Shown: in pieces, positions 1 to 15,100 of the stretch
Layout of the letters: every line of letters starts with the position of its first letter
Position numbering within the stretch: the stretch's first letter is position 1
Assembly (NCBI RefSeq): GCF_006345805.1
Contig: NC_043004.1
Span: forward strand, 26,412,001-26,476,000
DNA: 64,000 nucleotides
Source: Octopus sinensis
Taxonomy: Eukaryota
Reading direction: 5' to 3'
Position numbers and translations under genes: made by a program
The notes under the pieces: generated by a model
Told to the model about the DNA's origin: nothing
The model's input: the letters and a program-made list of their open reading frames with translations, nothing else
The model's database searches: none

Positions 1-1080
1 ACAGAATTCATGTTTTTTTCCGTCCAAATGATTTTGAAGACTGCGGAATAAATGATAATCAGATAGAGCAATGTCCGGCGAATATTGTAGGTGAGGAATC
101 GTTTCCCATTCAAACTGCTGCAGTCTTTCGAGTGTCATCCTCGCTGTATGTGGCCGAGCATTATCCTGATGGAAGAACATTTTTCGTCTTGAAACCAAGG
201 AGGTCGTTTTTATTCTAGCGCTGACTTAAGCTGCTCAAGCTGTTCGCAATAGATCTCCTTTGTTAACGCTTGGTTTGGGTTTAAAAGTTCAAGGTGGACT
301 AAACCTTTCATATCTCACCAAACAGATAACAACTCATTACGTGGGTGAAGACCTTCTTTTAGACTGGGGTGCCGATGTTTCTACTTTCCCTATCCACTGT
401 CTACGGCGCTTAACATTTTTATAGAGAACCCATTTCTCATCACCTGTCACTAGCCGGTCGGTCCAAAAAAGGGTCATCCGTAAGACGTGACAGCAAAGAA
501 GAGCACACAATCACTTTCTGCGCACGATTAGACTCGGAAAGTTTGTGAGTAACCCATTGACTCAATCTGCTGACTTTTCCGATGGCACGGAGGTGTCGAT
601 GAATGGTTGAATGACCAAATCCAAGCTTCTCTGCTAGTTCAACAGTCACGATGGAATTTTGTTCCACCAGGGTTTGCAGGACGTCCTCGTCGAGCTCTAC
701 AGATCATCCAGGACGAGGCTCGTCTTCTAGGCTGTAGTTTCCGGCTCGGAATTTCTGGAACCCCCGTTGCCACTGGCTTACGCTTATTGTCATATCCCCA
801 TATACTGCATTAATATTCCTCGCACTTTCCGTTGCGTTGTTGCTTTTATTGAACTCATAAAGCAAAATATGCTGAATATGCACCTTTGTCACTTCCATTA
901 TAGCCTCGACAAAATAACTGTTAAAAACGAACTGCACTCTTCAAATTTTGCATTAAGAATAAGTACTAGGTAAAATTATACCTGCTTTTATAGCAAGTTG
1001 ATGCACGTAGTTTATCCCGTCCCCCTCCGACTTTTTGTTCAGGTAATTGAAAAAACTCCATTATTTATGGGATGACCCGA
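1..1080 (-). mobile_element. Mariner (DD34D) transposon, disrupted transposase, running off the window start
   Basis: Minus-strand translation gives an HTH N-terminus (MEVTKVHIQHILLYEF...LEDEPRPG), WVTHKL, and HQDNARPH...YSPDIALSDYHLF. TIR-like end CATTATTTATGGGATGACCCGA at about 1059-1080 is followed by TA. Frameshifts and stops present. Confidence 0.93.
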
Positions 1081-2017
1081 TATTAGGCCTTACTATTGTC
1101 GAGCTTCTCCGCAGGTGAAAGCTAATCCCTAACATAGCTAGGATCGTATTGCAACAACTTGCCTTTCTCGTCAGGGAAAGAAGATACTTCAGCTCCCAAC
1201 AATTATTGGCACTCTGCAAAGCTAAAGTGAGTCCCACAACGCACAACGGAGTAACCACTAGAACCACGCTGCTGCACAAAAACAGATATCGCCCAGAAAT
1301 GGTCACCGACTGATTAGCCACTCTCAGACTCTGGTTTTTATATGTGTCTTAGACTCTGGTTTTCATATGTGTCTTGTCTCTTTTCCACACCTTTCCTACT
1401 GCTGCAATAAGCATATTTTCTCTTCGGAGCTGGCTGCGCTCATATTACCTCTACTCATGCATTCTTCATCCACTTTTTTTCTTTCATTACCCATGTTGTT
1501 TCCATCCTCGAGGCCCCATACTGATGACAACATTGAGTTGCAATGGTTAAAGACATCATTCTCACTGATTTCAGAAGGCCTAAGAATGACATAGTTACTG
1601 CCCATTTCTGCAGATTCAGCAAGGTATAAAAAATACGATTCCAGAGATAAACGATTCAAGACGATAACTTCAATGTTTCAAGACAAATAACAGGGATTGT
1701 ATATCATACGATTATTATTATGTTTTCTTGTCAAGCCGATGAATGGCCACCATTTCAGTGCTTCGTAAATGTATGTCGATTACACGTTCAATTCATGCAA
1801 ATGGACTGTGTCTGCTAAATATTAATGACTGTATTCTTTTTCGAATTAACTGCCAAAATAACATGTCTAGTTGATTATCTGTTAATTATAATTTCACATT
1901 TTGGTAACCGGGGTTGATGTCAAAAAGAAAACAATAAAAGATTAAACAAATTACACTCCCCACAAAAAAAAACTTACTTCACTAATTGTCTTCTAATTTC
2001 AGATTGAAATAAACAAA

Positions 2018-2102
2018 ATGTGGCTTTCCCTGAAAACTTCAGTTTCTATTTGGCTAGTTCTAGGGTTATTTTTTGCTTATCATCCAAAAATTTATACCGA
2101 AG
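2018..2102 (+). CDS. Coding exon 1: signal peptide MWLSLKTSVSIWLVLGLFFAYHPKIYTE
   Basis: ATG in AAAATG context, hydrophobic core, donor G|GTAAGT in phase 1. An acceptor TTTCAG at 2002 implies an upstream non-coding exon. Confidence 0.85.
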
Positions 2103-5100
2103 GTAAGTTATATATACGCTAATGATTCATTGTCAGCAAAGCTGACCGCAAACCTCTGCACAATTCATAAGATAAAAACATTGAAAGTGACTCGAAAAAA
2201 CACCATGTTTCTATGTTAAAGAATAAATCTACCAAATTTAGCCTTACATGGAAATACAATATTTAAAGAGATGTTCTTGAAGACAGACCAAACTTGCAGA
2301 TGTTTTCGAATTTGGTTTAATTTCTAATTTTGACTTAGAAGAACCTATCTTCTGAATACCGAGGCATATTGTACTCAGCCTTCTTTTTACTATTTCGGCA
2401 ACTCAGTCTAACCTCTTACTATACTGTATCCACTATCTGATTTTGATTTCTCTTGAATTTCACTTTGAATTTCATATCATATACGTTGGTGCCAATACTC
2501 CAAAGAAATGTACAACAAATGTTATAAAATTTTGTTTAGAAAGTCCAATACCGCGTGATTTCATTTTTATAATGAATATTGAGGTAGTTATTGTTAATCC
2601 GGCACTCCGTTTAACCCCGTCACTCGGCATGTATACTTTAACAGGTTATGCTATGCTGCAAGCCTAATAGCCAAGTGTCTGGTCTAAGGCTTATCTCCTC
2701 TTTTCCTCTCTCAAAGTGACCCTGAAAACTATCATGGACGCTGCCCTTGCTTCTGTGATCAATACATTATTTATATGTGTGAATCTCTCTCCCCTCCTCT
2801 CTCTCACATACACACACAAATTGAAATATAACAGAAAATAATATCAAACTACCGGTGAATTCGTTCCGTTAAAAATAGCAACCATATTTCTATCAAATTA
2901 CAATCTACTGTGTTTAAAATGGAAGTATACGCTAAATAATGTAATTCAAATTATATTAGGTTTGGGCAGAATATACAATGATCACGAATGGACATTTTGA
3001 CCGTTAATCAATGCTAAATAGAAGCTGGTTAGTTAGCGGTGTGAATTCAAATCGCGCCTATCAATCCAGGGCTTTGCACTAGCAACACTGGCAGTATATC
3101 GGGCGGCATTTTTGATTCTGCTCTTTGCGTTTTGAGCTCATATCACGCCACAGCGTACATTAGTAACAGACTCAATCCATCATCCAGTATAACACCATAG
3201 TACTGTACTCTGGGTGCCTTTAAGAGTCGACATAGTTGTAAGCATTCAGGTGAGGTCTCCAGTTTGAGGATGACTTCCTCACACACGAGGCCCCTGACAC
3301 TCTGTAAAATGGTCACAGGCTCTGCCTCTCAGCTGTCTAAAAGAAAGAGAAAACGATTATAATTAGCTACAAATCGAATATTTCCCTTAAATTAGGTTTT
3401 TCTTTATAACACTTTCATTAAGAATTTGTTTTGTTTTGTTTCAGAAATGAAATGTAATCAACCTGTAGATGTTGTCATATTACTTGACGGTTCTGATAGC
3501 ATCAGTGACAACGATTGGGTGAGAAGCAAAAATTTCGTGAAAGAATTGATCGGTAGTTTCGACATCGGTCTAAACACAATACATATCGGAATTATTGTGT
3601 ATTCGAGCAATATTGGAGATGTTATTGGCTTGAAAAAATTTCACTCGAAGGAAACGTTAAAGTTTCTAGCAAATCGTCTGCATCATCCCAAAGACGGAAC
3701 AGATACGGCAGCTGGAATCAGGAAGGTAACCGAAATGATGGAGGTAAGTCACAATAAAATTTATTCAACACACGAACGAATCCTGAACATGTATAGGCGC
3801 AGGCGTGGCTGTGTGGTAAGAAGCTTGCTTCCCAATCACATGGTTCCAGGTTCAGTCCCACTGCGTGGTACCTTGGACAAGTGTCTTCTATTATAATCTC
3901 GAACAAGAGACTATAAACAAGAAGAAAATGGAGAGTATATAGATATAAATTAATTTATTAGCATACAGTTAATTAAAAATACCTTCAATCTTACTCAATA
4001 CTAATTATAAATTTATAAATAAAATAAAATTTGCATTTAGAATATCATATGAGTAATTGACATAAAAGGGTTACATGTTAGGTTGAGATTTTAAAACAGA
4101 CTGAATAAACGAAGATATGTTTATATGTGTGAGTGGGTGTTAAATATATTTTATAATAAAATAAAATAAAATAAAATAAAATAAGAATAAAAATAAAAAT
4201 AAATAAGACAAAATGCGAATAAAAATGCATAAAACAATATAGTCGTTAGATATTATTTTTATTTTGGATATACGGAAAATTTCGTAAAGTGTAGAATCGC
4301 AAACCATGAAACTACATTTAAGAATAGGTATAGATTAAATTCTACCAGTCTAAGCAAATTTATTTGGAAGCTAAAAGATAATAATAAGGAATGTAAAGAG
4401 TGGGAAATTATTAGTCATGCTAAATCCTATAATATTAGTAAAAGACGCTGTGACTTATGTGTACACGAAATCTATCAAATCTTGACTTTGAAACTTAAAC
4501 TTCTTAATAGCCGTCAAGAATCTATTTTATGTTGTAAACATTTCTCTCAATATGTATTTCGAAAGTACAATAAAATAAAATAAAATATAATACAATTTAA
4601 TATCATTCAATAAAATTCGATAAATAAATATATCTTAGTCAAACAAACCGACCTCATGACTTTTTTAAAAGCCTGTTACCTATTGTAGAGGTTGTTTACC
4701 GAAACACTAAGTTAAAGCGGTGGTGGGGGAGAAACTCAAACACAAAGACACACATAATGTTATGCTAGTATATGTCTTTTAATCTATAAACAAAATGAGG
4801 TCTAATACAAACAACACAATCTTTTATGACGTAAAACACGAATTCTTTATATTAAACTAGCAGTATCGCCCGGCGTTGCTCGGGTTTGTAAGGGAAATAA
4901 CTATAAAGCATTTTTAGAGAGTTATAGCCAAAAAATGGAAAAAAAATGATGGTAAATTTTTTTTTAGTTAAAAAGGTCGAGTTGCGTCCCCTAGACAGTC
5001 TGTGGTTTGTGTTTCTGATTCTCGACCCAATGTCGAATTTATCGATTTTTTTCAGAACTGGGGGAACTTTTCAAAATTTTCGCTGCGTTAGTTTTGAATT

Positions 5101-6147
5101 ATGACATTGGGCTATGTGTGTGTCAAGTTTCATCAGAATCGGTTGAAAGCCGTGGTCAGGGTGAGGGTACAACCTAACAGACACACAGTAACACACACAG
5201 ACAAACTGCCGTTTATATATAGAGAGAAGATACCCAACCTGATCATGAGATACACATTATACTAAACTCTGGATTAATACAAATTAAATAGATAGAATAA
5301 TTTCAAATAACTATTAAGACTAAATTGTTAGTTTTAATTAATAATAATATTTATTGTTTCATATCCATGAATTTAATAATCAATTAATATTTATAATAAT
5401 TAATGATATGTATTAATTGACAATCTTACTGGTAAACATAAGAGATATTAATGTAAATCCAACTTTAATGGTCCCTTTGTTTTAAAATAAGTTAACATGC
5501 ACACACACACACAAATAATTATAAGCGGAAATCATACGCGCATATAACATATTATTATTTTTTAAATTTTCATTAACGCGCAGAAGCATAAATAAGTAAA
5601 TGAATTTGTTTATTCTTTCAAGCACGCGTGCGCGCACTCACACAGATTAGTAAAATCTATAGACAGAAATTTATAACGGCTATATTGTTTTATTTATTTT
5701 TATTTTTATTCACATTTTATTTTATTTTATTATGAAATATATTGAACACCCACATACATATAAACATATCTTCATTTATTCAGTCTGTTTTAAAATATCA
5801 ACCAAACAACATGTAACCATTTTATGCCAATTAGCCCTGATGAGATTTTACTCATATCATATTCTAAATGCAAATTTTATTTTATTTTATTTACAAATTT
5901 GTAATTAGTATTGAGTAAAATTAATTAACTATATGTTAATAAATTAATTTATATCTATATACGCTCTGTTTTCTTCTTTATAATATTCTACATTTTTAAT
6001 ATACCCATTTATATCAATGTGATATTTATCATAGATATAGGGTAGTAAACCTGTATAACTAGGATGATTTCAACCCTATAAGACGAGTACATATCTCGCA
6101 GTGGAATATATGTGTGTTTGTTTGTTTGTTTGTGTGTGTGTGTGTGT

Positions 6148-6192
<45 letters not shown>

Positions 6193-9100
6193 TCTTTGTG
6201 TCTGAGTTTCTTCCCCACCACTGCTTTAATCTAGCGGTTCGGCAAAAAAATAATCCGATACAATAGATAACAGGCTTTAAAAAAGTCCTAGGGGTCGGTT
6301 TGTTTGACTAAAACCGTTTAAGGTGGTGCCTCAACATGGCCGCAGTCAAATGACTGAAACAAGTAAATGATAAAAGATATATTTATGTTCACAACCCTAC
6401 ATAATAATGAATAATTATAGATATTCCCACCATAAGCTTACTTTAATTTCAGAGTAAAAAACTGTATGTGTGTATGTATATGTATGTGTGTGTGTATATG
6501 TGTGTGAGTGTGAGTGTGTGTGTGCGTGCGTGCGTGTGTATGTGTGTGCGTGGTTGTGTGTGTTTGTGCGTGTATACATATCTGTGTGTGTGTGTGTGTG
6601 CATACACACACACTTATGTAGGTAACGCGTGTTTGACTATGTAATAATGTTATTACATAAAGTTATAAAGTGTGCAAACTGTCATTGATTCTTTGTCCGG
6701 TGAACTGGAATTTATACACACAATCCATTTTAAATGAAATAGACTATACATTTAAAATGAGACCAATAGGTACATTTACTACTATAATTAATTCCTCAAA
6801 ATGAACAACAAATTTTCATTGACATTTTTCTATGTAATTTCACCATGTAGAACAATATTTCTCTCAACGTTACTCCGCATATTATATCAGTGCAGTTGTA
6901 AGAGTTTTATCATTTATTTTATTTGCCTATTTAATTTTGTAATTATTTTAATGTTGCACTTGTATATACTACATCCCTGTATATAATACATCCCACGAAT
7001 GACTTACCCTGTATATACATACTATTTCTCAGAGTGATTGTATTTGAATTATCTCCTAAAGTTGAATTGTCCTATATACACTAAATAGAAACAGAATCTC
7101 TACACTAGTAACTTTGGAACGTAATGAGTTATGATAGTCTCCAAGAGAGTTGAAAAGTTTGAATAATTTTCAGTAAAATTCTATAGAACTGGTGTTAATT
7201 CTTCATTTCTACAAACTTAACCACAACATGTTTATTATTGCAGGCTGAATCCAGACCCAACGCAGCTCGGGTAGCAATTGTTATTACAGATGGTAGATCT
7301 AAACACCCAATACAAACCACTCAAGAAGCACTTAAGGCCAAATCTGCTGGTATTGTGATGTTAACTGTTGGAGTCGGTCATGCTATCTCCAGAGCTGAAC
7401 TGAGTCAAATAGCAACGTCTGAAAGAGAGATGTTTGATGTTTCTAATTTCTCCGGTTTGCAAGGAATTGTTGGAATACTTCGAAAACTTTTGTGTAAGAG
7501 TAAGTGTGAAAATAGGCTTTTCTTTAATTTCAAATTTGGTTTTAGTTAAAGATTAACGTAGAAATATAAGCTACTTTTTTTATACTGACATAAGTACATA
7601 CGTTTTTGTGGAAGGGTTAGAATCCAAATGAAGCACTCTTATATGTAACAACGGGTATTCAATTTATATAGACTATAAAGTAGAGAGCCACCGACCGGAT
7701 TTGAACGCAGAACATAGAAATGTACCTAAACACTGCATGTCATTTTAATCTGGTTCTACATCTTTTCTGATAGTCCTTCTCACCTTAGATTTCCCCTCAT
7801 ATTAAATAGATCGAGATGAATATCTTGTTATGCCACTGTGGTTTAATAGGAGACCTTCACTAAAGTAGCTTCTTTTCTGCAGGGTGTTCGTGTTAAATCT
7901 GACGATTTCCATGGCTTGTTTTTTCAGGAAGATCTTGATATATTGATGAAGAGTTAACAACGTTGGAGAGTATAAATGTTAAAATTTGGTTTAAATATTG
8001 GTCTAAGAAATGTTATTGTGTCATGATGATTTTCACCGGATATCAAAATGCCGACATCATGACTGCTGCTCAGTTCTTTGTGAAGGCTGTAAGACGTACA
8101 CTGACATCAATGAAACAAAGTTCCCCTAGTAGTGACGGTCTTAAGGTATGTCTTAAGTGACATACCTTAAGACTTCTGTGAGAGTGACGTCATGCCGCAC
8201 CACAACTTTGAACAGGGCCTTAAGTTCAATTCAGATGACCATGTGAAAGTGCTGGAAACTGTGGTCACATCATGACTGGATCGGATTGCTGCTAGAAGAC
8301 CTTATGTATGACAGCAGGCTTCATCTCCTTGCCATACATCCAGAAAGAGTCAAAAGTGGCTTTCGGAGAATTTCTTTGACTTCACCAGCTCTAATTTCTG
8401 GCTTCCTAATTTTTCTCCGATTGTAATCCCATGGGTTACTATATGTGGGGCACGGTTGGCAAAGACACCAACCGCTTTACCTGAAATACCAAGGCGGAGC
8501 TGGCGGCTAAGAGTTGTTTGAAGATCTTCCCATGGACACTGGGACTAACGAATATGCCAGATTCTGCAGACGTCTTGAGGACGTCGTGAAAGCTCAGGGT
8601 GGCTACTTAACGGAAACTATCTCCCAGCCATCATCTAGCTGATTCTTTTTGATTTTTTAAAGTACTTTTTTTTCATGCCAGCTATCAAATTTAGCCCGAA
8701 CAGCCTGTATATTACTGTAAAAAACGTGAAGTTGTTAGAAATGATTAAAAAATACGACGGCACAGCGAAAGCGAGAATGTGACACGTCGTTGCTCGCATC
8801 GCCGGCGCCGGTGCCTCCGGGCGCCGTCGTCGAGGCGCGCGTGGTGCCTCGAAGCATCGTTACTAGGTCGAGTCCCCGCGTTCGCGACCGCGTTTCCGCG
8901 CGTCGTCGCGTTCCCGCTCCGACTCAGGTGTAGCAGGCAGCCGGGGACCTGAAAGATGGCGATCCACGCCCGGTCGAGAGGAAGCCAGAGGAAACTGGCG
9001 GAAGTCCAAAGCGCCTCTGACGTGCAAATCGATCGTTTTATATTTGATATATCTGATACTATTCAGAATTGGATTTGAATTTCTACATTAGTGGGGGAAA

Positions 9101-12100
9101 GTTAAACGGTTTACCGTTGTTGAAATAGATATGTAACACAACAAATGAAAATTATTTTGATATTCCCTAACCAATATAGAATTCAGAGTATAATATCGAT
9201 TATTGGCCAATATACATTTATTACAATGTAACACTATTCAGTTATATATGTTAAGTATCCTAACTCCTGAAACAGATAGCTCAGTTCTACGTTATACCAG
9301 GTTTCAATCACTTACACAGGTACACACACATGTATACACACACGTGTACACACACACACACACAAGTGTGTGTATGCTCCCATTACAATTTTCAAGGCTT
9401 CCAAAACTGGTAGGTAATAAGGAGTGAAGTTTTTTTGATACCGCTAAATTGGCTCAAATAGTTTCCAGGGTTGGGTGGTTTTGTTAAATCAAACAAATCT
9501 TCAATTAAATCAAACAAATCTTCAATTACATTTAACACGTTCATCTACGTTCAAACGTGGTGAGAGCTTCTCTGCGGTAACTGGCTCAGAAAAGAAATTT
9601 ATTTTAAAGACAATTTATGTCAAAGCATATCTGGACTATGAATGACATCGGTCTTCATAACACGTGTTTCTGCATCCTAATTCAATAAATTATCTGGCGT
9701 GTGCAAAGCTTGCGCACATTACAAGTAATAAATGAAGTAACGTTGAGTCTTTTCTTGATACGGTTATCAACAAACTGGATAGCGCCTCACTTCATCATGT
9801 ATATCTCTTACATTGTTTATGAAATTACAATTTCTTGTCACTCATAGAGTATCATAATTAGGAAAAAGTCAGGTTACTGTAAGTAATTAGCATTGAAATT
9901 GTATACCTTATTTACTCTAACAATACACCATTTTGCCCAAATCTAAAGTCTGTTTGCCTCTTTTCAGTCATCGTTACAACAACCTTACCTTCAACAACAA
10001 CATTAACAAGTATTACAGCAAACACGACGAAATCCTCGGCTGCGACATCTGTAACTACTAAGAAAAAAGAAACATTAGTTTTAAAATTATCTAAATCATC
10101 AGAACAAAGCAATTTACAAAGTAAGTATCAAAACAAACATTGTCGCTTATATCATAGAAACAAAATCGTCGGGCGAGTGCCTGAAATGTTGAATTACTAA
10201 CTTATTTGATGGATTTATGTCTTAACTTCATAACTAGGAAGACATGCCTGTACGCTGTGGTGGGAAGTAATGAAATTAGCCCTTTGATTTATTAACAAAT
10301 TTTTGAGTTGAAGATGACTTTTGGTGAATTTACAGATGATTCACTAGGAACAACACGTAGGAATGTTTTCCTGTAAACTTGTCTTCGTGCACGAAGCCCG
10401 TGTTTAAACTTCTTTAATGAACCCATAATCTTATAAATCTCACAACTTGATAAGTAATTTCCCATCAATTATTAAATCAGTCAAATTAAGAAAATAACAA
10501 GGAAGCAATAAAATAATGAAATAAAAACTTGCCTTCTTTCAACTTGAAATTTGAATCCTACAAAGGCACAATGATTTACAAACGATTGTATGCGTATAGA
10601 CTCCACATTTAGATAACTGTGAGCGTAGTGCAAACAAAATTTAAAACAATAAACAACGACATTGTTGGCATTTATTTATGCTTTTATTTATTTAATCCGT
10701 TTAAGTATCTGTTTGAAGATGTAAAACAATGACAGTATCTAGAGTAGGAAACTTTGCTAGCTCTTGTTATCGTGCTGAACAACAGTTATATCGAATGTTA
10801 TATTTTTCAGATTTTTGCACCCTCATATGAGACGAAAACCATTTAAGTACAGAAAAATAGAAAAGAAAACGAAAGGATAATTAGTAGCTAAATGCTTCCA
10901 TTGTCAAATCATTTCGCGGTCTCCGTGAAATGGAAGATCTTCATTATGTTTAATAGATCCTTGATAATGAACTATTCCTCCAGCCAATCTTTTGAAAAGT
11001 AATTTCCCTGATTGAAAGTTTTCGTACTGGAACAAGTAGTGCCATTAAATTTCTGAATTGTCTGCACAAGAAAGCCTAAGTGATTTCAGATTAACTGTTT
11101 GTGGGAAAAAATAGTTTGAAGGAGTATGACGACTCATTATTTACCATCTGATACGTATAATGCTGTTAAAGCTGGTTTAAAATTTAATAGTTTATCTCAA
11201 GATTATTCTCAATATTTTTCCATCCTTCATTAATTATGATTTTACTAATATATATAACAAGTAGTAGATTTGGTATATAATGAATATCTACTGCTCCTTT
11301 TTTGCTATTATTTGTATGGCACGGTACCCAAATTCATGTGTGTTAGTTATCTATATATATAAAACTGTAGTTGTGTGAGTGTCTGTCCGCTTCGATTTAG
11401 ATTCCTAACTACTCCCACATTTTGCGGTGCAGTTTAACCAAAACCTGGTATCTTATAGTCGTGATTCATATCGAGCCCGTCTGAGTATTAGCGCGCGTCT
11501 ACGATGAGTCTACGATTTTAAAAATAATTTAACATCATTTTTTATTCCATTTTAATGCATAATTTTTCGTGTGTCGATGGCGGCGGAGTTGGCGTCCATG
11601 GTCACACCTGCACCTGTTTGCTTCTCCCCCTTCTTCCCTCCCTCGTGAAGCTGTGGGGAAGGGAGTGTAAGGAAATCAACGTCGTAAAGCGTTGTCAAGG
11701 AGACCAGCGTTCTTATAGAACAACGACTTCATGGCTTGAAGACACCAAAACAGAAATGGCTAAGAAAGCCCGAATTGGCATCTATAAGGGAAGTAACTCT
11801 CTAAAAATGCTTATATAGTTATTTCCCTTACAAACCCGAGCAACGCCGGGCGATACTGCTAGTTTTCAATAAAAATGAAAATTATCAATTTGTAATAGAA
11901 TACTCTCAATATTTTAACGCGATCTCTTTTCTTTATTGAAATAAATCTAGTTTTAATAAACTCTCAGTGAGAAAGAACCTGTTTCCCCCTGGAAATTCTT
12001 TAGCAGAGTTTAAAGATGATATCGTTCCTCACCATTCTGATTCATATATTGTTAAATCATGATGTAGCCACGTGTTTATTATTGCTCTGAAAATTAGAGA

Positions 12101-15100
12101 AGGTCTGATAAAGATATAGAAAATATGAGAAAGAGAAAATATGAAAGAGCTATAGAGAAATATGAAAGAATGAAAGCAAAAAGAAGGAATGTGAGAAACA
12201 GTGATACATGTGTGTGTGTGCGCGCGTGTGTATTTAGAGAGAAAAAGATAGATTTATTACCCTTCCTCTTTAAATATTCTTACCATATCGCGATTATATT
12301 TCTGACCAGGTTAACTGAAGTAGGCGGAAATCAGTAAAGTATAGCTCGAGTAATGAAATATTATATCGAGATACGATAAAATATTTGTAGCTGACTTTAA
12401 CTACGACTGATTTCACACAAGGTCCAATAGTCTTATCCATTGAGCAAATTCACAGCTATACGACGAGCTATGTCCGAACTATTCGGCTGATTCATTCTTG
12501 TGAAATATAATGGAAGATGAAAGTATATTAGTATTTCATAATTGCCACGGGTAATAACTGTGACTGCTGAATGGGTAGAGTGTTTGATATAATGGGTGAA
12601 TGTCAGATTTGATGGATGGAGTGTCAGATATAATTGATGGAGTGTCATACATAATGGGTGGAATGTGTCAGACAAAATTACTTTGTTTATGTAGTAATTT
12701 ATTTGTTAACAATTTGTGATATCTACGCGCGTGCCTGTTCTGGAGTGTGTTCGCGTGCATGAATTTATATGTATGTAGGAATGTTATAAATATCGGCTAG
12801 AAATATCATAAATATAATTATCGGTAGTCTATGTATGACGCTCCTTGAGACATTCATGTTGCATCGAGTTACGGACACTCCCTTTTCATTCTCACCCTCA
12901 GAAATGCAGTGAACTAATTATCGTCTGTCTGAAATTTGTAAATGAACTACGCGATAGAACGAAAATTCCTGCATAAATTTGTGAATTGTTTCATTAAAAA
13001 GGTGTCATACTTTAATTACCTCTTGATGTCATTTGGCTCTCATCTCACTAAACTCGTAAAGAAATGCGTAAAAATCAGAATATTACATTTAATTCTTTAT
13101 GAAATGCTCTTTGTTGACTAGATAAAGATTAAACTAATACTGTTCTTTTCGTTTGGTATCGTTTGGTAAATTTTATCTGTTTGAATAAACTTTAACAATT
13201 CAAATCAGAAAAAAATTTCAATTTTTTTTCTACAGGTCTTTGCAAAGGTTGTATAATAGATAGAGGAATTGGTTACAGTTCTCACCCCAATGACTGCACC
13301 AAATATGTTCAATGTTTCCGAGCAGACGGCGAATATCGTGCCAAAATCATGTCATGCCCATTTGGAACATACTGGGATCAAGATAAAATTACTTGTTGGC
13401 ACTCACATCTTGTCAACTGTACAACAGGTAAGATCTGGAAAAACAGGAAGTCTAAAAATATTGCTAGAAGTAGCAACAAAAATTCTGAGTTATCATTCGC
13501 AATTGTCTCATTAAATTAATCATAGCCTGGAAGTGGAAAGTGTGAATCCAAGAAAGCGCAGTAGTCAGAATGTTGTTTATGTGGGAAAGAACTTAGAAAA
13601 TAGACAGAAGGATTGAGAAATCCCCTCTTGTGAAGTTGAAGCGAAAACTATTAATGGAAGTAGTAGAACTATTATGTGCGATTGTGCAAGGAATAGGGTT
13701 TTGCTCGCCTGACTCTAATTGTGTGGCAGTGTGGTAAGTAGCTTGCTTACCAACCACATGATTCCGGGTTCAGTCCCACGGCGTAGCACCTTGGGCAAGT
13801 ATCTTCTACTATAGCTTCGGGCCGATCAAAGCTTTGTGAGTGGATTTGGTAGACGGAAAGTGAAAAAAGCCCGTCGTATATGTGTGTGTGTATGTGTGAG
13901 TTCTATGTTTGTCCCTTACCATCGCTTGACAACCGATGTTGGTGTGTTTACATCTTCGTAACTTAGCGGATCAGCAAAAGAGATCAGTAGAATAAGTACT
14001 AGGCTTACAAAGAATAGGTCCTGGGGTCGATTTGCTCGACGAAAGGCCGTGCTCCAGTATGGCCGCAGTCAAATGACTAAAATAAGTAAAAGAATAAAAG
14101 AATAAAAGAAAAAGATGTAAGGTTACCTTAGAGAATAGGGAGTACTTCTATATTGGAGTTAACTCACGTTATATTAAGCAAAGAATTGCCAACCATTTAA
14201 ATTCGTTTAGATATAAGGACAAAATGAATACAATTAGCCTTAGCAAACTAATTAGGGCACTAAAAGATAGTAGCAAATTATATTCGATTACCTGGGAAAA
14301 TGTTGTAGAATAGGCGATAAAAGATGTGACTCTTGTGTGGAAGAAATGTACCAAATTTTTACTTCTAAATCACTCTTATAAACATAAGACAGGAACAGGC
14401 TCTAAGATGTCCACACTTGATAAAACATACGTTTAAATTAACACAACTCACCATCAATAGTAATTATGCTAGTTACAATAATGATTATAATAATTAATGG
14501 TATTTATACTACAACCTGTTCCATGGTCGGCGACTAAACTGGCAACCACACCAGGCTTACTTGGTAAGGTGGATGCTTGTTGAACATCCTACGAGGCAAA
14601 AAATAAGACCTGTCAGAGGGCGAAGGAACTACAACGTAGTCAACGGCCATTCAACTATGTATGTTTGTGGAGTGTTTGTGTGTATGTATTGTGTATGTTG
14701 CATTTTGGACTCTGTGTGTATTGTATATACTGTGTTCTTTCTTTAAAATTGTATATATCGTATGGGCAGTGGGCAGGTCCTTCTGGTCCTGCACGGGTAG
14801 TGAGACGTCCCCGCCCTCCAAGAGTCTCCCGCTGTCTTGCGGGTAGGTTATTTTGTTAATCAAAGGCTAGGGAGTAAACCGTATCTAAATCCGGAGTGGA
14901 GCCCCTAAGGCGGTTAGGTGATGAAGTCCATCATCTCTCCGGCAGCGCCTGCAGTCCAGTCGTGGCTAGGATGTGTCGTCCTGCGTCCCTCCTGGCTAGA
15001 TCGGCCGGACCGAGAGGGGATTCTGGGCTTCGGTAACCCAAGGCCTCCACAGTTCTCTTGCCCAGGATTCAGTGACTCCACCCCCTCTATTTCTTCTTCT

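Noticed and set aside
10811-10830. Alternative short last exon (TTTTTCAG then an early stop) giving a vWA-only isoform
   Set aside because: An acceptor-like motif alone is common in AT-rich introns; no other support.
14760-14860. HDV-like ribozyme in the RTE 5' UTR at GGGCAGTGGGCAGGTCCTTCTGGTCCTGC
   Set aside because: I could not build P1 with a G1 or a matching P2.
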